Assembly: GCA_963798485.1 (NCBI GenBank) | Contig: CAWCTR010000024.1 | Location: forward strand, 32,001-96,000 | Direction: 5' to 3' | Length of the DNA: 64,000 bases | DNA from: an uncultured delta proteobacterium | GTDB taxonomy: Bacteria; Desulfobacterota; Desulfomonilia; UBA1062 | In this document: positions 59,247 to 64,000 of the stretch, piece by piece | Layout: every line of letters starts with the position of its first letter | How positions within the stretch are numbered: position 1 is the stretch's first letter | Made by a program: the position numbers and the translations under genes | Notes under the pieces: generated by a model | The model's input: the letters and a program-made list of their open reading frames with translations, nothing else | The model's database searches: none | What the model was told of the DNA's origin: nothing

Positions 59247-59774
59247 ATGATACATGAGAAAAACAACAATGAGGTGCTATCGATGAAGAATAACGTATTG
59301 TTTATAGATGATGAAATCAATGTTCTAAAGTCCATACTGCGAGCTTTTTCCAACGAGAAGATAAACGTCAGGCTTGCTTCAAATCCACAGGATGCCTTTG
59401 ATATAATCAGGAATGAAAAAATAGCTGTTGTCGTATCGGATAACATGATGCCCGGAATAACGGGCATCGACCTTCTCTCGCAGATAAGGGAACGTTTCCC
59501 TGATACCATACGGATAATGATGTCCGGCTACACCGACCCAAATACCACTCTGGATGCAATAAACTTCGGTGGTGTCTATAAATTTATTGTAAAACCATGG
59601 AATAATGAGGACTTAGTGTCAATCGTGAAGGATGCTTTAGTATGTCACAAGCACATCCCTCGGATCCCTGAATCAGAACCCGGCGAGCCTTCCCAACCTC
59701 ATCCAGATCATGAAAATGATAATAAAGATGGTTACGTATCTGAGTGGGAGCTCTTTCGAGTCGGTAATAGATAA
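59247..59774 (+). CDS. Response regulator receiver protein
   Basis: LFIDDE, SDNMMPGITG, KFIVKPWN motifs. Confidence 0.88.
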   Translation: MIHEKNNNEVLSMKNNVLFIDDEINVLKSILRAFSNEKINVRLASNPQDAFDIIRNEKIAVVVSDNMMPGITGIDLLSQIRERFPDTIRIMMSGYTDPNTTLDAINFGGVYKFIVKPWNNEDLVSIVKDALVCHKHIPRIPESEPGEPSQPHPDHENDNKDGYVSEWELFRVGNR

Positions 59775-59873
59775 CGATATCAAGCACTGCTGACAGAGAC
59801 ATTAATTAATTTGAAAAGAACTATACACACTTTCGATTTCATCTTTGACCTCATTATACCAATCCGGCGATCT

Positions 59874-60740
59874 TTAAAGGAGATTCGTTACAATGGCCTG
59901 GTCATTCATGATTGTATCGTTCAGTTTCCGCACCGAAGTGCCCGGATTCCTGAGCAACCGGTTCACCTGCAGTGCAACCTGCGGCAAAGTAGGAAGGTTC
60001 GGTATCTCATCAAATTGAGATCTTTCGGAAAGAACTCTAACGCCATGTGGATACATATACACCCTGTCTGTAAAGACAACTCTCGCGGTACAGTTTTATA
60101 TCCTGGATAATGGCCCTTCCAAGTTTCAACCTCCTGCCTTGAAGAAGCCTTCCTGTTCCTCTCTTGGAATCTTGAAACAACACCTCATCTTCTCTCGCAT
60201 TGTCCGGCCATAACAATACCTTTTCAGACCCGGAGGCTGCTCTCATCTTGCCATAATACCCACAGATCGATCCTTGCAGATATTCGGATATACCTGGGTC
60301 AAACCTCTGCCCAAGGCCCTTATGGATGTACTCGGGGATGAGCATGTCGGCATTGTCAATCGGGATTCCCATCATAATCCTGTCGACGAAGTCCGCTATG
60401 GCAATAAATGGTATCGGTCTCTTCCTTTGAAAGGTTCATGGCAAGGGCTATATTATGAGCAATACCTGCGACGTTCCTGGAATGGTTCTTCATCTTCTTA
60501 TCCCGAAATTCAACAAGCCTCGAGAGTAAATCTACGATCGTCTTCAAATTGCTCCGCTGTTGACAGTCAAGCGTCGAGAGTGCCTTGCCTTGCCGGGTGA
60601 GTTCGATATTCAGCTCTTGGATAATGATCTCGAGCACCTGGCTCCATCGTTTCATCTCATCGTTCAGCAGCCGGGCAACAGCGGAAAGCTGTCTATTCTC
60701 ATCAATAGAAGCGATGCGGCACTTCTTTGCGTCCATCACC
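59874..60740 (-). pseudogene. Degraded HD-GYP and HDOD signalling gene remnants
   Basis: KNHSRNVAGIA..IA..MNL (HD-GYP start), GQRFDP, and IPNLPTLPQVALQV..DQAIVTNLL (HDOD start) in broken frames. Confidence 0.6.
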
Positions 60741-60853
60741 TTTGATCCTCTGTATTCGCACTTCAGCATCAGGCAGATTATTGAAACCCGGATATGGCTG
60801 TTGCTGTTTATGTCCCATGATGCTATACACTGCCTCCTGAATCGAGGCCCCCC

Positions 60854-61939
60854 ATGAAGATAGGACTGATAGGACTGAAGAAATCGGGCAAGACCACCAT
60901 ATTCAATGCGCTCACCCGCATGGATATCGCCATAGACCAGTATTCGTCCGCCAAGGATGAGCCGAATGTGGCCGCGGTCCATGTGGCGGACCCCCGCATC
61001 ACGCGATTAAGCGATTTATACCGACCCAAAAAGACCACCCATGCAACCCTTGAGTGTATCGATTTCGGCGGGTTCCGTAGTGTTGAAGGCAGCGAGAAGA
61101 AGGAGGTCTTCTCGGCCTCCGAGCTCGGCCTCATCAAGACCTCCGATGCCCTGGCCCTTGTGGTGAGAAACTTCCATGACGAGTACATCGACAACCTTTG
61201 GGGTGGGCCTGACCCGCTCTCGGAGATCACCGGCATCATCTCGGAGCTTATCCTGTCCGACCTCATCCTGGCGGAGACCAGACTCGAGCGGATTGACCAC
61301 CAGATAAGCAGGGGCCAGAAGAATGCCGCCTTGGAACTGGAGCAGGGCGCACTCTTGAAGGTAAAGGACTTCCTCGACAAGGGAGACCTCGGTGAGCCCC
61401 CCGCCCTTTCTCTGGATGAAGAAAAGGTCCTGCGCGGCTTCCGGTTCCTCACACTCAAGCCCATGCTCGTCATACTCAACTCGGATGAAGACTCCTTCGG
61501 CCGCAATGCCGAACTGCTGGGACGCATCTGGAAGGACTACCGCGGCATCGAGTTTGCCGGCAGATTCGAGATGGACCTCTCCCGGCTCGATACCCATGAG
61601 GCTGAAGAATTCATGGCCGATATGGGCATCAGCGCCTCTGCCAGGGACCGGCTCACCTTGGCGGCTTACGAGCTGCTGGGCTATATCTCGTTCTTCACCG
61701 TGGGCGCCGATGAGGTACGTGCCTGGACCATCCGCAGGGGCGACACCGCGGTGGATGCCGCCGCTGCAATCCATTCCGACCTGGCCCGTGGGTTCATACG
61801 GGCCGAATGCTTCACCTATGACGATATCATGGCCCATGGTTCGGAGAAAACGCTCAAAGATAAAGGGCTCATCAGACTCGAAGGCAAGACCTACCCGGTC
61901 AAGGACGGCGACATCCTCTCCATCAGGTTCAGCGTGTAA
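60854..61939 (+). CDS. ychF: YchF-family OBG-like ATPase (divergent)
   Basis: GLKKSGKTTIFNALT, ISFFTVGADEVRAWT, IHSDLARGFIRAE, LEGKTYPVKDGD motifs. Confidence 0.85.
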   Translation: MKIGLIGLKKSGKTTIFNALTRMDIAIDQYSSAKDEPNVAAVHVADPRITRLSDLYRPKKTTHATLECIDFGGFRSVEGSEKKEVFSASELGLIKTSDALALVVRNFHDEYIDNLWGGPDPLSEITGIISELILSDLILAETRLERIDHQISRGQKNAALELEQGALLKVKDFLDKGDLGEPPALSLDEEKVLRGFRFLTLKPMLVILNSDEDSFGRNAELLGRIWKDYRGIEFAGRFEMDLSRLDTHEAEEFMADMGISASARDRLTLAAYELLGYISFFTVGADEVRAWTIRRGDTAVDAAAAIHSDLARGFIRAECFTYDDIMAHGSEKTLKDKGLIRLEGKTYPVKDGDILSIRFSV

Positions 61940-61970
61940 CAACCAAAAATCACTTCAAAGGAGCGTACCC

Positions 61971-63656
61971 ATGAGCAATGGGCCGGAAAAGATCATCTAT
62001 TCCATGATGAGGGTCAGCAAGTCTTACCAGAACAAACCGGTAATAAAAGACATATCCCTGTCTTATTTTTACGGGGCCAAGATCGGTGTACTTGGCCTGA
62101 ACGGGTCAGGTAAGAGTACGCTGCTGCGCATCATGGCCGGGGTTGACCAGAAATTCGACGGCAAGGCCGTCATCTCTCCGGGATACACCCTGGGGCTCCT
62201 TGAACAGGAACCTGTGCTCGAAGGTGATAAGACCGTGAAGGCGGTTGTCGAAGAAGGCCTGCAGGAGACCGTCAATCTGGTTAAGGAATATAATGCCATC
62301 AGCGAGAAATTCTCAGAGCCCATGAGCGATGACGAAATGGACAGGCTCATGGCCCGCCAGGGTGAACTGGCCGAAAAGATCGATCACGTGAATGCCTGGG
62401 ATATCGAATCGCGCCTGGACATGGCCATGGATGCCTTACGCTGCCCCCCTGCCGATACACCCATCCGTGTTTTATCCGGGGGTGAAAAGCGCAGAGTTGC
62501 CCTCTGCAGGCTCCTGCTGCAGAAACCCGACATCCTGCTTTTGGACGAACCAACCAACCACTTGGATGCCCAGACCGTGGCATGGCTTGAGCATCACCTC
62601 CAGCAGTATGAAGGCACGGTCATCGCCGTCACCCATGACCGGTATTTCCTGGACAACGTTGCCGGTTGGATACTGGAGCTCGACCGGGGATATGGCATCC
62701 CCTGGAAGGGCAACTACTCATCCTGGCTCGAGCAGAAGCAGCAGAGGCTCACCAATGAAGAGAAGCATGAGACAGAGCGGCAGAAGACCCTCCAGCGCGA
62801 ATTGGAGTGGATCCACATGTCGCCCAAGGGCCGCCATGCAAAGGCGAAGGCGCGCATCAGTGCCTATGAGAACCTCCTTAACCAGAACTTCGAGAAAGCC
62901 GATCGCGAGCTTGAGATCTATATCCCTCCGGGACCACGCCTGGGAAAGCTCGTCATACAAGCGGAGAATGTTTCAAAGGCTTACGGCGAAAACCTGCTCT
63001 TTGAGAATATGAATTTCTCGCTGCCCGCTGGTGGTATTGTGGGCATTATCGGTCCCAACGGCGCCGGCAAGACAACACTCTTCAAGATGATAACCGGTAA
63101 GGTTCAGCCCGATAGCGGCGCCATCAGGATCGGGGAGACCGTCAGGCTCGCTTATGTCGACCAGGAGCGCGATACCCTGGACCCCGGCAAGACCATATGG
63201 GAAGTGATCTCCGGCGGCCACGACTCGATAGAGCTCGGCAGGCAGGAGGTGAATTCCAGGGCCTATGTGGCGCGGTTCAACTTCTCGGGAACGGACCAGC
63301 AGAAAAAGGTGAACATGATCTCGGGCGGGGAACGCAACCGTGTACACCTTGCATGCATGCTCAAGGAAGGGGCTAATGTGCTGCTCTTGGACGAGCCCAC
63401 CAATGACCTGGACGTAAACACCATGCGCGCCCTTGAGGAGGCCCTGGAGCACTTCGGCGGCTGTGCGGTCATCATCACCCACGACCGCTGGTTTTTGGAC
63501 CGCATTGCCACGCATATCCTTGCCTTTGAGGGGGAGAGCACTGTAGTCTGGTCCGAAGGGAATTACTCTGATTACGAGGCGGACAGGAAGAAGAGGCTCG
63601 GCAAGGCAGCCGACCAGCCGCACAGGATCAAGTACCGGCACCTGACACGGGGATGA
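61971..63656 (+). CDS. ettA: Energy-dependent translational throttle ABC-F protein
   Basis: GAKIGVLGLNGSGKST, LSGGEKRRVALCRLL, IYIPPGPRLG motifs; true start MSNGPEK after AAGGAG. Confidence 0.95.
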   Translation: MSNGPEKIIYSMMRVSKSYQNKPVIKDISLSYFYGAKIGVLGLNGSGKSTLLRIMAGVDQKFDGKAVISPGYTLGLLEQEPVLEGDKTVKAVVEEGLQETVNLVKEYNAISEKFSEPMSDDEMDRLMARQGELAEKIDHVNAWDIESRLDMAMDALRCPPADTPIRVLSGGEKRRVALCRLLLQKPDILLLDEPTNHLDAQTVAWLEHHLQQYEGTVIAVTHDRYFLDNVAGWILELDRGYGIPWKGNYSSWLEQKQQRLTNEEKHETERQKTLQRELEWIHMSPKGRHAKAKARISAYENLLNQNFEKADRELEIYIPPGPRLGKLVIQAENVSKAYGENLLFENMNFSLPAGGIVGIIGPNGAGKTTLFKMITGKVQPDSGAIRIGETVRLAYVDQERDTLDPGKTIWEVISGGHDSIELGRQEVNSRAYVARFNFSGTDQQKKVNMISGGERNRVHLACMLKEGANVLLLDEPTNDLDVNTMRALEEALEHFGGCAVIITHDRWFLDRIATHILAFEGESTVVWSEGNYSDYEADRKKRLGKAADQPHRIKYRHLTRG

Positions 63657-63698
63657 GCCGGTCATTTATGAGATGAATACGAACCGGAGGGAGAATCC

Positions 63699-64000
63699 AT
63701 GAAAGTGGTCGCATTTAACGGGAGTGCACGAAGAGACGGAAATACGGCTATTCTTGTGAAGCATGCGTTTACGGAGCTGGAAAAAAAAGGCATTGAAACG
63801 GAACTGGTCCAACTGGCCCGCAAAGACATCCGCGGCTGCATAGTCTGCTACAAGTGCTTTACCAACCAGGACAAGCAATGCTCGGTAAAGAATGACGCGG
63901 TAAATGAATGCATCAGCAAGATGCTCGATGCCGATGGGATCATCCTGGCCTCCCCCACCTACTTCACCGATGTCACAACCGAGATGAAGGCGCTGATCGA
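63699..64000 (+). CDS. Iron-sulfur flavoprotein paralog (partial, runs off the window)
   Basis: MKVVAFNGSARRDGNT...CIVCYKC...ASPTYFTDVTTEMKALID; GGAGG RBS. Confidence 0.88.
   Translation, partial: MKVVAFNGSARRDGNTAILVKHAFTELEKKGIETELVQLARKDIRGCIVCYKCFTNQDKQCSVKNDAVNECISKMLDADGIILASPTYFTDVTTEMKALI

Noticed and set aside
61392-61970. N-terminal extension of the 754-aa ORF
   Set aside because: It overlaps ychF in another frame; EttA similarity and the RBS begin at 61971
1-64000. CRISPR array, cas genes, rRNA, riboswitches, selenocysteine read-through, integrase
   Set aside because: No regularly spaced repeats, recognisable RNA motifs, conserved in-frame TGA or tyrosine recombinase were seen by eye; an Rfam scan could still find weak hits

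Overview
Bacterial chromosomal window, probably from an anaerobic Deltaproteobacterium-like organism (inferred from gene content). A 3'-half tRNA-Leu(UAA) fragment at ~35087-35139, preceded by short direct repeats, looks like the right attachment site (attR) of a tRNA-integrated genomic island. The island would cover the left ~35 kb, with its other end outside the window. That left part carries a peptidoglycan-remodelling cassette, two IS1182 elements with 3-bp target duplications and a HigBA-type toxin-antitoxin module. It also carries a large light/photo-oxidative-stress cluster: lipocalin, DUF2878/2177/1295, chalcone-isomerase-like, FAD oxidoreductase, a DUF1365-Cfa fusion, a TudS-like protein, SOUL, TIGR01777, class II photolyase and bacterioferritin. 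The right part holds a PA2779-like/C39 peptidase/TPR triad with a double-glycine site, a REP-associated tyrosine transposase with an in-frame REP pair inside its own CDS, and several other palindromic repeat families. It also holds stress and housekeeping genes (mscL, aqpZ, ftsH, msrAB, typA, ychF-like, ettA), several gene remnants and two small ORFs missing from the ORF track. All family assignments come from motif recognition, not database searches.
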